Below, in pieces: positions 9,523-19,944 of a DNA stretch of 64,000 bases (its first letter is position 1; every line of letters begins with the position of its first letter). The DNA is from Thermoanaerobaculia bacterium (GTDB lineage: Bacteria > Acidobacteriota > Thermoanaerobaculia > Multivoradales > Multivoraceae): positions 23,514 to 87,513 of the forward strand of contig CALOFD010000012.1 of assembly GCA_942492505.1 (NCBI GenBank). The letters run 5' to 3'. The notes under the pieces are model-generated. The model had not been told where the DNA came from and ran no database searches. It saw nothing but the letters and a program-made list of their open reading frames with translations. The position numbers and the translations under genes were made by a program.

Positions 9523-10800
9523 ATGATGACCGCGTCTGCGCCAACACGGATCAGTCAACCCCTCCCCGGGTTCCGTTCCGTCCCCAGGACGGGCGTGATC
9601 TACGTCATGCACCGCGCCGCAGAACTCGGCTTCACCTCGGAGCGTCACGTGTGGTCGAACCTCGGCCAGGGCGCGCCCGAGTGCGGGGTCCTCGAAGGCG
9701 GCGTCGAACGTCGAGATCAGCTCCTGATCCCCCCGGATCGTCAGGAGTATGGACCGATCGGCGGGACACGCAACCTGCGACAACGGGTCGCCGACTACTA
9801 CAACCGGCAGTTCCGCAGCGGACGATCGTCGCTCTACACCGCCGACAACGTCAGTATCGCTCCCGGGGGCCGCGCGGCCATGACCCGTCTGGCGGCCAGC
9901 CTCGGTGAGATCAACATGGGGCACTTCATCCCCGACTACACCGCCTACGAGGAACTCCTCAGCTCGTTCAAGGGATTCGTGCCGATCCCGATTCTGCGAG
10001 GAGTGCGGGACCGCTACCGCGCCTCTCTCGAGGAACTCGAGCGTGAGATCGTCGGCCGTGGGCTGAGCGCGATGCTCCTTTCCAATCCGTGCAATCCCAC
10101 GGGGCAACTGGTCTCGGGCGATGAACTCTCCACTTGGGTCGATCTGGCACGGGAAACGGCCTGCAGTTTCATCTTCGACGAGTTCTACTCCCACTACATC
10201 TACGACGGCGACGGCAGCGAACCCGGACGAATCGTCTCCGCGGCCGAATTCATCGATGACGTCGAGCAGGACCCGATCGTCCTGGTCGACGGACTGACCA
10301 AGAACTGGCGCTACCCGGGCTGGCGAATCTCCTGGATCGTGGGCCCCGAGACGCTCATCGATCAGGTCAACAGCGCCGGTTCCTACCTCGACGGTGGACC
10401 CAACCATCCGTTCCAGTCCGAGGCCGCCGAGCTTCTCGACCCGGACATCGTCGAGCGTGAGACGGTGGCGATCCAGAAGGCCTTCCGAGTCAAACGCGAT
10501 CACCTCCTGCGACGTCTCCACGCGATGAACATTCGCATCGAAGTCGAACCCCAGGGCGCCTTCTACGCCTGGGCCAACCTCGAGGAGTTGCCCGCGCCGC
10601 TGAACGACGGCATGCAGTTCCTCGAAGCGGGCCTTCGCCACAAGGTCATCACCGTTCCAGGCGCCTTCTTCGACGTCAATCCAGGGCGCCGAAGGGCCAA
10701 CCATCGCTATCAGAGCTATTGCCGATTCTCCTTTGGACCGCCGCTCGAGGAGATCGACCGCGGTCTCGATGCCGTCGAAGAACTCATCCGCCAGGCCTAG
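9523..10800 (+). CDS. PLP-dependent aminotransferase (class I/II)
   Basis: 425-aa ORF. Contains NPCNPTG and the lysine region LTKNWRYPGWRISW. The long antisense ORF at 9373..11076 is rejected. Confidence 0.88.
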   Translation: MMTASAPTRISQPLPGFRSVPRTGVIYVMHRAAELGFTSERHVWSNLGQGAPECGVLEGGVERRDQLLIPPDRQEYGPIGGTRNLRQRVADYYNRQFRSGRSSLYTADNVSIAPGGRAAMTRLAASLGEINMGHFIPDYTAYEELLSSFKGFVPIPILRGVRDRYRASLEELEREIVGRGLSAMLLSNPCNPTGQLVSGDELSTWVDLARETACSFIFDEFYSHYIYDGDGSEPGRIVSAAEFIDDVEQDPIVLVDGLTKNWRYPGWRISWIVGPETLIDQVNSAGSYLDGGPNHPFQSEAAELLDPDIVERETVAIQKAFRVKRDHLLRRLHAMNIRIEVEPQGAFYAWANLEELPAPLNDGMQFLEAGLRHKVITVPGAFFDVNPGRRRANHRYQSYCRFSFGPPLEEIDRGLDAVEELIRQA

Positions 10801-10807
10801 TCCAGGC

Positions 10808-12501
10808 TTGCGCAGGGTCCTTTTCCGATCAGCGGCGACGCTCGTCTGCCTGCTGCCGGCGGCAACGCTCTTCGGAGCCGCACCCCGATCCGAGTTCGGA
10901 GATCGCTGGTTCTCGTCCAACGGACCCGCCTGCAGCGTGCTCGGTACCGCCCCATCCACCGTGGAGCAGGTGGCTGTCCGCTGTTCGGCGATCCACTCGG
11001 CCTTCCGGCTGCTGCTCGACGCCGAGGACCTGTCACCGCCCGAGCCGATCGAGATCCTGGTCGTCGACGACTCCATCCGACATCGGCTCGAAGGTCACGA
11101 CGCTGCGCCGGCGGACCTGGGCGTCTCCTGGACGCTCGATCGGCGGGGACCTCTCCTGATCCTCTCGATCGACCCGCCTGCCCTGCTCGAGGCGGCGGCC
11201 GGGCGGATCGCGACCCATCTCTTCGAGGGCTTCCTGCCGACTGCGGGAACCTGGCTCAGTACAGCGCTGCCGGAGGTTCTCGCCCGTGCGGAACTGAGGA
11301 GGACGGGACTGGCCCTGCAGGAGGCTGACGGTGATCCCCAGTTGGAGTTGCTCTATTTCCTGATGGCTCCGGGAAGCGACCGACAGGCCCAGTTCTCTCG
11401 CTATCTCAAGCTCCTGCGGGCCGCAACTCCCGATGCCCTCGCCTTCGACATCGCTTTCGCCGGAGACCTGGACAGCGTCCGAGCGGAGAGCCTGAGGGGT
11501 GCCCCCTCCCAGCCCCCATCCTCGCTCCGATCGCCGCCCGCACAGATGTCGAGCGAACTGCCGGGACTCCGGCGGTCCGCCTGGCGGACGCGATCACCCG
11601 AGTGTCGCCATTCAACACCGTGACGGCCGAGGTCCTCTACAGCGATGTCCTGGCGTCCAGCCCCGAAGATGAGGCCGCCCTCCGGGGTATCGCCGTCGTC
11701 CGGGGTATCGATCGTCGCCATGAGGCCGCTGACCTCGCCTGGGAGCGAGTCCTGCCCGAGGCCGACGACGACGACACCTTCCTGCTCCATGGCTGGTCTC
11801 GACTCGATCGCTTCCTGTCCCTCCCTGGGCGGTGGGAGCGTTCGACCCCGCAGGCCGCCGATCTCTCCCTGATCCAGGCTCGATCCAGCTGCACCCGGGC
11901 CCTGCGAATCGGCGGTGCCAGGCCTGCCGTGCAGCAGTGCCTCGCCGTCGCAGACATGTACCTCCAGCCCGGCCTTCATGACGGCTCTCCACTCGAACGG
12001 CTGTCCTCCGTCCATGCCTGGCGAAAGCGTGACCCAGGCTTCACGAGCGACTGGATTCTCAGTCACGCCTACGCCGGCTTCCCCGAGGAAGCCTGGGAAC
12101 TGCTCTCCACACAGGCCGTTTCCGCAGTGCTTCTTGGCGACGCCCCCGGCCGCACCATGGCGACTCTCGGCGAACTCGCCCTGCATCGCGCGAGGCTGCA
12201 AATTCTCGCCGGCGACATCTCGGCTGCTCGCCAGTCCATCGCCCCGCTCCTGGAGCACGCTCCCGATGATCGCGTGGTGGACTTCGACCGCCAACTGGTG
12301 GCACTCCTCGAGGAGCGGCGACGGGAGGCCTGGATCGAACGCCACAACGAAGCTGCCGTGCTGGTTTCCGAGGGCAGCTACGAGCAGGCGCGGCGGCTTC
12401 TGGACGAACTCTCGGCCGAACCGCTTCCAGACGACATCGCAGAATCCGTCCACCGCCTCATCACGCAGATCGAGGCGGCGCGGCCGTCTCCCACTCCCTG
12501 A
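10808..12501 (+). CDS. hypothetical secreted protein; two ORFs probably joined by a 1-nt indel
   Basis: The TTG at 10808 gives a signal-like N-terminus (RRVLFRSAATLVCLLPAATLFGA). The first frame degenerates after about 11500. The second frame (track ORF 11602..12501) is already open and protein-like from about 11500 (APILAPIAARTDVERTAGTPAVRLADAITRVSPFNTV...). The junction lies at the C-runs near 11493-11515. The C-terminal half is helical-repeat-like. No family assigned. Confidence 0.45.
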
Positions 12502-12526
12502 GGGCGACGGCCGAAGTACCGAAAAC

Positions 12527-14638
12527 CTATTCGGTCGGAGGCGGCGGGGGTGGGACGTCGGCAGGCGGCGCAGGCGGCGAACCGGCGTCGGCGCTCTCGC
12601 CTTCGGACTTCTTCGTCCGCGGAGCAGCACGCCTCCGGCGCGGACGGCGACCACTCCGAGATTTCTCGTCGGACTTCTCGTCCGACTTCCCGACTTCGTT
12701 GTCAGCAGCGTCTCCGCCCTCCGACGACTTCGACTCGGACGAACCGGCACCCCGGCTCGAGCGTCTCCGTCGGGGGCGACGGGAGCCACGCTTCGGCTTC
12801 TCCTCGTCCTTGTCCTCGTCTCCCGAATCCGCCTTCCGGCGCGACGTTCCGCCCGACTCGTCCTCGCCCGTCGAATCGTCTCCGGATGCGGAGCGAGATC
12901 CTCCTCGACGCCGACGTCCTCGTCTCGAGCGCGAGCGTCGGGGCTTGGATTCCTTGTCATCGGCAGCCGCTTGCTGTTCGTCTTCGTCCTCGTCTTCGAA
13001 TTCATCGTCTTCGAATTCATCGTCGTCGTCAGGCGGCTCGATGACGACCACTTCCTCTTCCCGTGCAGCGGGCCGAATCTTCCTCGAGCGACGACCCTGC
13101 GAGGCCATCTCCTCCGCGTCCACGGCGGCCTCTTCCGTAGCCTTCGCTTCATCCCGCTCCTGAACCGAGAGGGCAACCCACTCCACCTCTTCTTCCGTCA
13201 GTCCCAACTCCGGGGTCGAGACCACCTCGACCTTCAGGTCGAACTCGACCTCGAGGGCCGCGACCTCCTTTCGGCGCTGGTTCTGGAATGCGTCGGCGAT
13301 GGCAGGGTGCAGGCGGATCCGAACGCTCTTCATGATTCCGGTCGCAGCGCGAGCCTCCACCCGACGCAAGAGCCTGAGCGACGCCAGCTCGGGACTCGGT
13401 ACCCGGCCGCGGCCGGCGCATACGGGGCAATCGGTGAAGCTTCGTACCCGCAGGGGCTGACGCAGGCGCTGCCGATTGACCTCCAGCAGTCCGTTGCGGC
13501 TGATCCGGCTGACCGTGGTTCGAGCCTTGTCCGTCTTGAGCGCATCACGCAGCGCCTTCTCGACGCTGCCACGGTGCTTGAGCGAACGCATGTCGATGAA
13601 ATCGACGACGATCAGACCGCCGATGTCCCGCAGCCTGAGCTGCCTGCCGACGACGGCGGCAGCCTCGAGGTTCGTCTGCAGGGCGGTGTCTTCCTGGCTC
13701 GCCCTCTGGGTCGCCCTGCCGGAGTTGACGTCGATGGCCGTCAACGCCTCGGTGCCCTCGATCACGATCGACCCACCGCTCGGAAGAGGCACGCTGCGCT
13801 GATAGATGTTCTCGATCTGCGCCTCGAGGCCGAACCTCGAGAACAGCGGCAGACGCTCGGTGTAGTGCTTGATCTCGATCCGAGTGCGGGGCATGAAGGC
13901 ACGCAGGTAGCGCTCCGCCTTCACCAGTGCAGCCTCATCATCGACCAGGATCTCCTCGATATCGGAGTCGAGGTAGTCGCGCATCGCCCGCAGGATCAGG
14001 TCCTGATCGGCGTAGAGCAGGCGAACCTTGTCGTCTTTCGTGGCCTCTTCCTTGATGCGGCGCCAGATCCGCAGCAGCGCGGCGAGGTCGCGATTGAGAA
14101 CGGTGCGGCTCTGGTCGCGGGCGTTCGTGCGGACCACGACTCCGCATCCGTCCGGGATCTCGAGCGAGGCCGCGACCTTTCGCAGCTCCTTGCGCTCCTC
14201 CTCACTCTCGACCTTCCGAGAGACGCCTCGCGAGCTGTCGAAGGGAGTCAGGACCAGGAAACGCCCGGCGAGAGAGAGGTTCGTATTGAGGGCTGCGCCC
14301 TTGCGCCCCTCGGGGTCGCGAGTCACCTGGACCACCACGGTCCGTCCCTTCTCGAGGACCTCCTGGATGCGCGGGCGGCCGGTTCCCGTCGCCTTCTTGT
14401 AGCGTGCCTCGGCGACGACATCCTGAGATGCGAGAAAACCGTGCTTCTCGACACCGTAGTCGATGAAGGCGGCGTTCAGCGAAGGCTCGATGCGGGCGAT
14501 GCGGGCGCGATAGATGTTGCCCTGGGTCAGTCCGGCGTCGGCAACGTCGAACTGATAGCTCTCGAGGGTCGAGTCATTGACGATCGCGACTCGCAGTTCG
14601 TCTGACGTCTGCGCGTTGATGAGCATTCTTCTAGTCAT
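12527..14638 (-). CDS. rne: ribonuclease E/G family (RNase E-like, with a long Arg-rich/acidic C-terminal extension)
   Basis: 703-aa ORF. It has an N-terminal S1 domain plus catalytic core (MLINAQTSDELRVAIV...GNIYRARIARIEPSLNAAFIDYG...GGLIVVDFIDM). The low-complexity tail is typical of degradosome scaffolds. Confidence 0.9.
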   Translation of the reverse strand: MTRRMLINAQTSDELRVAIVNDSTLESYQFDVADAGLTQGNIYRARIARIEPSLNAAFIDYGVEKHGFLASQDVVAEARYKKATGTGRPRIQEVLEKGRTVVVQVTRDPEGRKGAALNTNLSLAGRFLVLTPFDSSRGVSRKVESEEERKELRKVAASLEIPDGCGVVVRTNARDQSRTVLNRDLAALLRIWRRIKEEATKDDKVRLLYADQDLILRAMRDYLDSDIEEILVDDEAALVKAERYLRAFMPRTRIEIKHYTERLPLFSRFGLEAQIENIYQRSVPLPSGGSIVIEGTEALTAIDVNSGRATQRASQEDTALQTNLEAAAVVGRQLRLRDIGGLIVVDFIDMRSLKHRGSVEKALRDALKTDKARTTVSRISRNGLLEVNRQRLRQPLRVRSFTDCPVCAGRGRVPSPELASLRLLRRVEARAATGIMKSVRIRLHPAIADAFQNQRRKEVAALEVEFDLKVEVVSTPELGLTEEEVEWVALSVQERDEAKATEEAAVDAEEMASQGRRSRKIRPAAREEEVVVIEPPDDDDEFEDDEFEDEDEDEQQAAADDKESKPRRSRSRRGRRRRGGSRSASGDDSTGEDESGGTSRRKADSGDEDKDEEKPKRGSRRPRRRRSSRGAGSSESKSSEGGDAADNEVGKSDEKSDEKSRSGRRPRRRRAAPRTKKSEGESADAGSPPAPPADVPPPPPPTE

Positions 14639-14742
14639 GGGGAAATTTCCTCAGAGTTCATGAACGAGGGAGCTGAAGGCTCCTCTCGAAGTGCGATCGC
14701 AGGGAGGTCGTCTCATGGACGAGACGCCGGCTCGGAAGCCCC

Positions 14743-15753
14743 TCAGCTGGCTGCGATCAGTCCCATACGTTCTTTGACGACCTCGACTTTCGGCTCTGCC
14801 ACGGCGCGAGCGCCGACGGCTCCGCGAGCGAGCAGGCGATCGAGTTCCGCAGGATCCTGCAGCAACTCGCTCGTGCGCTCCCGAATCGGACGCAGCGCTT
14901 CGATCACGACTTCGGCAACCCGTTTCTTCAGGTCGCCGTAGCCGCGAGCGTCGCGAAAGTCCGACTCGGCACCGTCGCGGGTCCGGCCGGTCAAGGCTTG
15001 ATAGATGGTCAGAAGATTGTTGACTCCCGCCCTCTCGGTCTCTTCGCTGAAGCGAATCTCGCGACCGGAATCCGTGACCGCACGCTTGAAACTGCGTCCG
15101 ATCTCCGAATCCTCGTCCTCGAGCAGGACCGCATGCCCGCGAGCGTCCTCGCTCTTGGACATTTTTTGAGTGGCGTCGTCGAGCCCCATGATGCGGGCTC
15201 CGATCTCGGGGATGACGCCTTCGGGAATCTTGAAGGTCTCTCCATAGAGTTGGTTGAATCGCTGAGCGATATCGCGGCTCAGCTCGATGTGTTGCTTCTG
15301 GTCCGCGCCGACGGGAACTTCATCCGCGTCGTAGAGGAGAATGTCGGCAGCCTGGAGTACGGGGTACGTCAGCAGGCCGGTCGACACTGACTTCTGGCGG
15401 GAACCTTTCGACTTGAACTGAGTCATCCGCTCCAACCACCCCAGGGGTGTGACGCAGTTCAGCAACCACGCTCCCTCGGCATGTGCACGAACGTGGCTCT
15501 GGACGAACAACGTCGTGCGATCCGGGTCGATCCCGCAAGCGAAGAGCTGGGCTGCCAGCTCCCGCGTCTTGTGGGCCAACGCTTCGGGCGATTGGAAGAT
15601 CGTGATCGCATGCAGATCGACGATACAGATGAACTTCTCCTTCGAGTCCTGATCCTCCACCCAGTGGCGCACCGCTCCCAGGTAGTTGCCCAGGTGCAGC
15701 CCACCGGTCGGCTGGATTCCGGAAAAGACTCGAATTCGATCAGTGTCTGGCAT
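14743..15753 (-). CDS. trpS: tryptophan--tRNA ligase
   Basis: 336-aa ORF containing GIQPTGGLHLGNYLGA (HIGH region) and KMSKS. Confidence 0.95.
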   Translation of the reverse strand: MPDTDRIRVFSGIQPTGGLHLGNYLGAVRHWVEDQDSKEKFICIVDLHAITIFQSPEALAHKTRELAAQLFACGIDPDRTTLFVQSHVRAHAEGAWLLNCVTPLGWLERMTQFKSKGSRQKSVSTGLLTYPVLQAADILLYDADEVPVGADQKQHIELSRDIAQRFNQLYGETFKIPEGVIPEIGARIMGLDDATQKMSKSEDARGHAVLLEDEDSEIGRSFKRAVTDSGREIRFSEETERAGVNNLLTIYQALTGRTRDGAESDFRDARGYGDLKKRVAEVVIEALRPIRERTSELLQDPAELDRLLARGAVGARAVAEPKVEVVKERMGLIAAS

Positions 15754-17977
15754 GCGAGAGGGAATCGACCGGTAACTCCGCCAAGGCCTCCGTGACTTCC
15801 TCCGCAGAACCGAAGCGGCCCTCGGGACGCTTCGCGAGCAAGCGAGCCAGAAACGACTCCCAGGCCATCGGCGTGTCGGATCGGAAGGTACTGAGACGAG
15901 GTGGCGCTTCTCCTAAGTGCTTCAGGGCAAGCGCCGTCGGCGTAGTCCCGGTGAAGGGTTCCCGCCCCGTCAAGGCGAAGAAGGCGAGAACACCCAGTGA
16001 GTATAGATCGGATCGGGCATCGAGTGTCTTCCCCTGCAACTGTTCGGGAGACATGAACATGGGCGAGCCGATGACGTGCCCCGTCCGCGTGAGGCCCATA
16101 TCGTGATCGAGGCTGTGGGCAATCCCGAAGTCCATGATCTTCGCACCGTCCTGCGTCAGAAAGACGTTCAGCGGCTTGAGGTCACGGTGGATCACCTTTC
16201 TTCGATGGGCTTCCGAGAGTCCCGAAAGAATGTCACCGAGGACCGCACGCACGCCGGCGAAGCTCAACGGTCCTTCTTCCCGCACGGTCGCATCGAGCGT
16301 CTCGCCCTGGAGGAGTTCCATGGTGATGTAGACGCTCGCACCGTACCTCCCGAAATCGAACACCCGCACCACATTCGGGTGGCTGATGCGGCGACAGATC
16401 TTGACCTCCTGGAGCAGGCGCTCCTCGGCGGCCCGATCGTCGTCCGAGCGAGGCACCAACAACTTGAGCGCCACGGGGTCTTCGAAGTCGGCGTCGAAGG
16501 CTTCGTAGACCCGGCTCATGCCGCCACGTCCGAGTTCTCGGACGATCTCGTAGCGATCACCGACTGTATCCCCGGGACCGACGAGCCAGGTCCCCGAAGG
16601 CTTCTCCGCAACGGGTTCGCCCGTATCGAACGACTGCGTCGAGAGCGCCTCGCGCTCCTCCAGCCGCCGCAGGCGCTCGCCCAGGTCGGCAAGGCTCCTG
16701 TCGATCGCTGCCGCCTTCTGATACGCCAGGATGGCGCGCGAGTCCCTCCCCAGCGACTCCCACGAACGACCTTCCCAGTAGAAACGTTCGGCGGTCGAGG
16801 CCGAGACGCCCGGAGCCTCCTCCAGCATCGACAGGCGGTGCAGGGCGCCACGCCCGAGACCGTCTTCCAGCAACAGGGGCACCAGTCGGAACGTGGCTGC
16901 CTCGAAATCGGCGTCGTCGACCTCGACACATTGGAGTGCCCGACTCGCCGCTTCCGGGTCTCCCGCTTCCATGTAGCGCAAGGCGGCCGGAAGGAACCTC
17001 CCCAGGCGCTCATGGCAGCGGGCGGCTTCACGATCGGCGCCGGCCTGAAGCCAGGCGCGCGCCGCCGAAGTGTAGTCCTCGATGCGCTCGAAACAGCGGC
17101 CTGCCTCCTGCGGCAGACCCGCTGTCAGAAACAGGGCGGCGGCCCTCTCCAGTTCCCCGAGTCGCTCCTGCAGCAACGCGGCCCGCTCGAACTCAGCTGC
17201 CTTCTCGTACTGCTCCGCCGCCTCCTCCAGCCGCCCGGCATCTTCGAACAAGCGCGCCGCCCTCGCCGGCTGCCCGGCGCGCGAGAGGATCTCACCCTCG
17301 AGACCCGGCGCCACATCCCCGGCCTCCGGAAGAAGACGTGCCGCGTCGACCATCGCGTTGGCACGGGCAAAGCACCGGACGGCGGAATCGAACTCCCTGG
17401 CCCGTTCGAAGAGCCTCGCAGCACGTTCGAACTCCATCTCGTCGCTCAACACCGAGGCTGCCTCGGAGAAGCGACCGGCCCTCTCGAGCAGGGCGGCTCG
17501 ACGCAAGTCGACTTGACGCAGTTCCTGCGGATCCATGGTGGCCTCCATGGCCTGCATCTGCCGCAGTCGCTGCGATTCCGACTCCCAGGCCCGGATCGCC
17601 GAGCCGGCCTCGCCCGCCTCCTCGAAACATCCTGCTGCGCGCCGGAACGCCCCGGCTTTCTCGAAGAAGGCTCCCGCAAGGGCGGGGCGCTGGATCTTGA
17701 GGGCGGACTCCGCGGCCTGCCACCAGGCGCCTGCGGCCTCGAACTGGTCGATCGCACGTCGATGCTCGCCGCTGGCGGCCAGGGCATCACCCGCGTCACG
17801 CGGAGAACCGCCTGCCAGGTGATACGCAACGGCGCCTTCGAGATCTCCGTTCTCGAGGCAGATTCGGGCGGCCTGCGAGAACTTCCGCGCCCGGGCGTAG
17901 AGCTCCGAAGCGCGCTCGAGATTGCCGTCCTGGTAGTAGCGGTCGCCTGCACCCACGAAATCGCGGCGCATCAGCAT
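15740..17977 (-). CDS. Ser/Thr protein kinase with an N-terminal TPR-like helical repeat region
   Basis: The C-terminal Hanks kinase domain shows GRGGMSRVYEA, VALK, HRDLKPLNVF, DFG and SPMFMSPE. About 480 aa of Ala/Glu/Arg-rich repeats lie N-terminal to it. The start is uncertain (17977-18070); I chose the ATG at 17977, downstream of the symporter stop. Confidence 0.88.
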   Translation of the reverse strand: MLMRRDFVGAGDRYYQDGNLERASELYARARKFSQAARICLENGDLEGAVAYHLAGGSPRDAGDALAASGEHRRAIDQFEAAGAWWQAAESALKIQRPALAGAFFEKAGAFRRAAGCFEEAGEAGSAIRAWESESQRLRQMQAMEATMDPQELRQVDLRRAALLERAGRFSEAASVLSDEMEFERAARLFERAREFDSAVRCFARANAMVDAARLLPEAGDVAPGLEGEILSRAGQPARAARLFEDAGRLEEAAEQYEKAAEFERAALLQERLGELERAAALFLTAGLPQEAGRCFERIEDYTSAARAWLQAGADREAARCHERLGRFLPAALRYMEAGDPEAASRALQCVEVDDADFEAATFRLVPLLLEDGLGRGALHRLSMLEEAPGVSASTAERFYWEGRSWESLGRDSRAILAYQKAAAIDRSLADLGERLRRLEEREALSTQSFDTGEPVAEKPSGTWLVGPGDTVGDRYEIVRELGRGGMSRVYEAFDADFEDPVALKLLVPRSDDDRAAEERLLQEVKICRRISHPNVVRVFDFGRYGASVYITMELLQGETLDATVREEGPLSFAGVRAVLGDILSGLSEAHRRKVIHRDLKPLNVFLTQDGAKIMDFGIAHSLDHDMGLTRTGHVIGSPMFMSPEQLQGKTLDARSDLYSLGVLAFFALTGREPFTGTTPTALALKHLGEAPPRLSTFRSDTPMAWESFLARLLAKRPEGRFGSAEEVTEALAELPVDSLSHARH

Positions 17978-18011
17978 CCAGAGCTTCGACCTGCTCACGA
18001 CTGGCTCCGCC

Positions 18012-19511
18012 TCAATCGGCCTCGGTGAGCGGGTTGGTCCCTTCCGGACGAACCAGGCCGCCGATCGCACAGGCTGCGAAGTTGAACGCCAGCCCCCACA
18101 GCCCGGCGCTGAAACCGAGCGGCGATCGGCTCGCCCAGAAGCCCCACATGACGCCGCACCAGATCGTCAGGGTGATCAGGGTCCCCCCGAACATCCCGAC
18201 AAGGGTCGCGCCGGCTCCCAGGCGCCGCCAGTGGACCCCGAGGAGAATCGCCGGAGCCAGCTGAACCATGAATTCGAGCTTCAAGCGGATCAGGAGCCAC
18301 AGGGAGCTCTCGGTGCGCAACGACACCCAGGCCATGAAGATCAGCACGACCATCAGGCCCCAGCCGACCAACTTGCCGACCATCAGGAGGTGATGCTGCG
18401 AGGCCGCTGGTTTCAGGTAGACCTTGTAGATGTCCTTCGTGAACATCGAACCGATCGACAGCAACGCGGAATCGGCCGTCGACATGATCGCGGCGACCAC
18501 GGCCGAGAAGACCAGCACCACCAGCCAGTAGGTGAAGGCATTGTCGTCGATGATGTCCGCCAGCACCAGGACCGTCACTTTGTCGCTCTCGAGCGCGTCG
18601 AGTCCCGGAAACCGAGCCAGGGCGATCAACCCGATCAGGAACGCCAACAGCGTCGTCGCGAGCGGCATGAAGGACATCAGACCCAGGGACCGGCGCAGGC
18701 TGGTCAGGGACCCTGCCGCGAAGATCCGCTGGATCGCATGGGGATAGATCGCCACCCCCAGACCCAGCAGGAAGAGATTGCTGAACCAGGTGCGAATCCC
18801 CGCACCGCCGGGAACCTCGAGCTTCTGCGGTGTGGATGCGGCAATCGCCTCGGTGGCCGCCGGAAGGCCACCGCGCGAAGTCACCAGGATGTAGAGAATC
18901 GCCCCGCACCCGACCAGCAACAGCCAACCCTGGATGACGTCGGTCCAGGCCACCGATCGCATTCCCCCCAGGGATTCGTAGACCAGCATGACCACGGCCA
19001 GGAGGATCACTCCGGCCATGAAGCCGATGCGCCCCCCCGAGATCGCCTCGACGGCATGACCCATCGCCACGAGTTGCTCCAGGATGTAGTTCGCCAGCCC
19101 CCAGCAGAGCAGCAGTACGGACAGAACCCGGAGCCGATGCGAACCGAAGCGGTGGAAGACGAAGTCAGCTGGCGTGATGTAGCCGAACTTCCGGGCCAGG
19201 CGAAAGAGCCGTGGCGCATAGATCATCATGGTCGTGATGACCAGGATCATGAACATCACGCTCACGATGTAGGTGCCGCCCTGCTGATAGGCGCGGCCGG
19301 CGAATCCCAGCAGGGTGTTTCCGCTGTACTGGGTGGCGAAGAGCGTCAGGAAGAGTACGACGAAGCCGAAACTCGAGCCTCCCAGGTAGAAGTCGCGCAT
19401 CGACTCCTCCTTGCGGGAGACTCTTCCCAGCCATCCAAGCGCCAACATGGCGGCCAGATAGACCGCCATCACGACGAGCGCTGAATTACCGAGGTCGGGG
19501 GCCGAGTTCAC
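18012..19511 (-). CDS. sodium:solute symporter (SSS family)
   Basis: 499-aa polytopic membrane ORF with SSS-like sequence (GGSSFGFVVLFLTLFATQYSGNTLLGFAG...). Confidence 0.88.
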   Translation of the reverse strand: MNSAPDLGNSALVVMAVYLAAMLALGWLGRVSRKEESMRDFYLGGSSFGFVVLFLTLFATQYSGNTLLGFAGRAYQQGGTYIVSVMFMILVITTMMIYAPRLFRLARKFGYITPADFVFHRFGSHRLRVLSVLLLCWGLANYILEQLVAMGHAVEAISGGRIGFMAGVILLAVVMLVYESLGGMRSVAWTDVIQGWLLLVGCGAILYILVTSRGGLPAATEAIAASTPQKLEVPGGAGIRTWFSNLFLLGLGVAIYPHAIQRIFAAGSLTSLRRSLGLMSFMPLATTLLAFLIGLIALARFPGLDALESDKVTVLVLADIIDDNAFTYWLVVLVFSAVVAAIMSTADSALLSIGSMFTKDIYKVYLKPAASQHHLLMVGKLVGWGLMVVLIFMAWVSLRTESSLWLLIRLKLEFMVQLAPAILLGVHWRRLGAGATLVGMFGGTLITLTIWCGVMWGFWASRSPLGFSAGLWGLAFNFAACAIGGLVRPEGTNPLTEAD

Positions 19512-19550
19512 GACGCCCCTCGGTCTTGCGACGACTCGACTCGAGCCGCC

Positions 19551-19853
19551 TCACTCGACATCGTCACGCCAAACCTTGATCGCCATCCAGCACGTCAGAC
19601 AGGACAGCGCCACCGAGCACGCCAGCGTCACCCACACCCAGAGCGGCAGGCCGCCGGGAAGTCCTCCGACGAAGCCCTGCGGCAGGTACCACGGCACGCT
19701 GATCAGGATCAGGAGGGCGACGACCGGCAGGAACCATCGCCTCCGAACCGGCTCGTCACGAGGCGTGATCGACGACCAGAACAGTTCCATGTCGCGCTCA
19801 CTCGCGTACTCTGCAAAGGGTGGATCAGTGGGGTCCCTGGGAGTCGATGCCAT
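19551..19853 (-). CDS. small membrane protein, DUF3311-like symporter-associated subunit
   Basis: 100-aa ORF with two TM helices, immediately upstream of the SSS symporter, as is seen for DUF3311 partners. The family call is from memory. Confidence 0.5.
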   Translation of the reverse strand: MASTPRDPTDPPFAEYASERDMELFWSSITPRDEPVRRRWFLPVVALLILISVPWYLPQGFVGGLPGGLPLWVWVTLACSVALSCLTCWMAIKVWRDDVE

Positions 19854-19944
19854 GGCAAAACCGCCCTTTCGGGGCTCGGATTGTCGGAAGGGAAACGCAG
19901 CGGATCATATCGAAGATCGGCGATACGAGCCGCGAAGCCCTGCT

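Noticed and set aside
9373-11076. 567-aa minus-strand ORF antisense to the aminotransferase.
   Set aside because: The sequence is low-complexity and Arg/Gly/Asp-rich with no recognisable motifs, and it lies opposite a clearly homologous aminotransferase. This is a typical high-GC antisense artefact.
11401-14605. The 591-aa (11401..13176, minus) and 896-aa (11915..14605, plus) ORFs.
   Set aside because: The plus ORF is antisense to RNase E. The minus ORF is antisense to the hypothetical secreted protein gene and out of frame with rne within its tail. Both are Arg/Pro/Ser-rich low-complexity sequences without motifs.
16076-18028. 650-aa plus-strand ORF antisense to the Ser/Thr kinase.
   Set aside because: This is the same antisense artefact; the kinase motifs are all on the minus strand.
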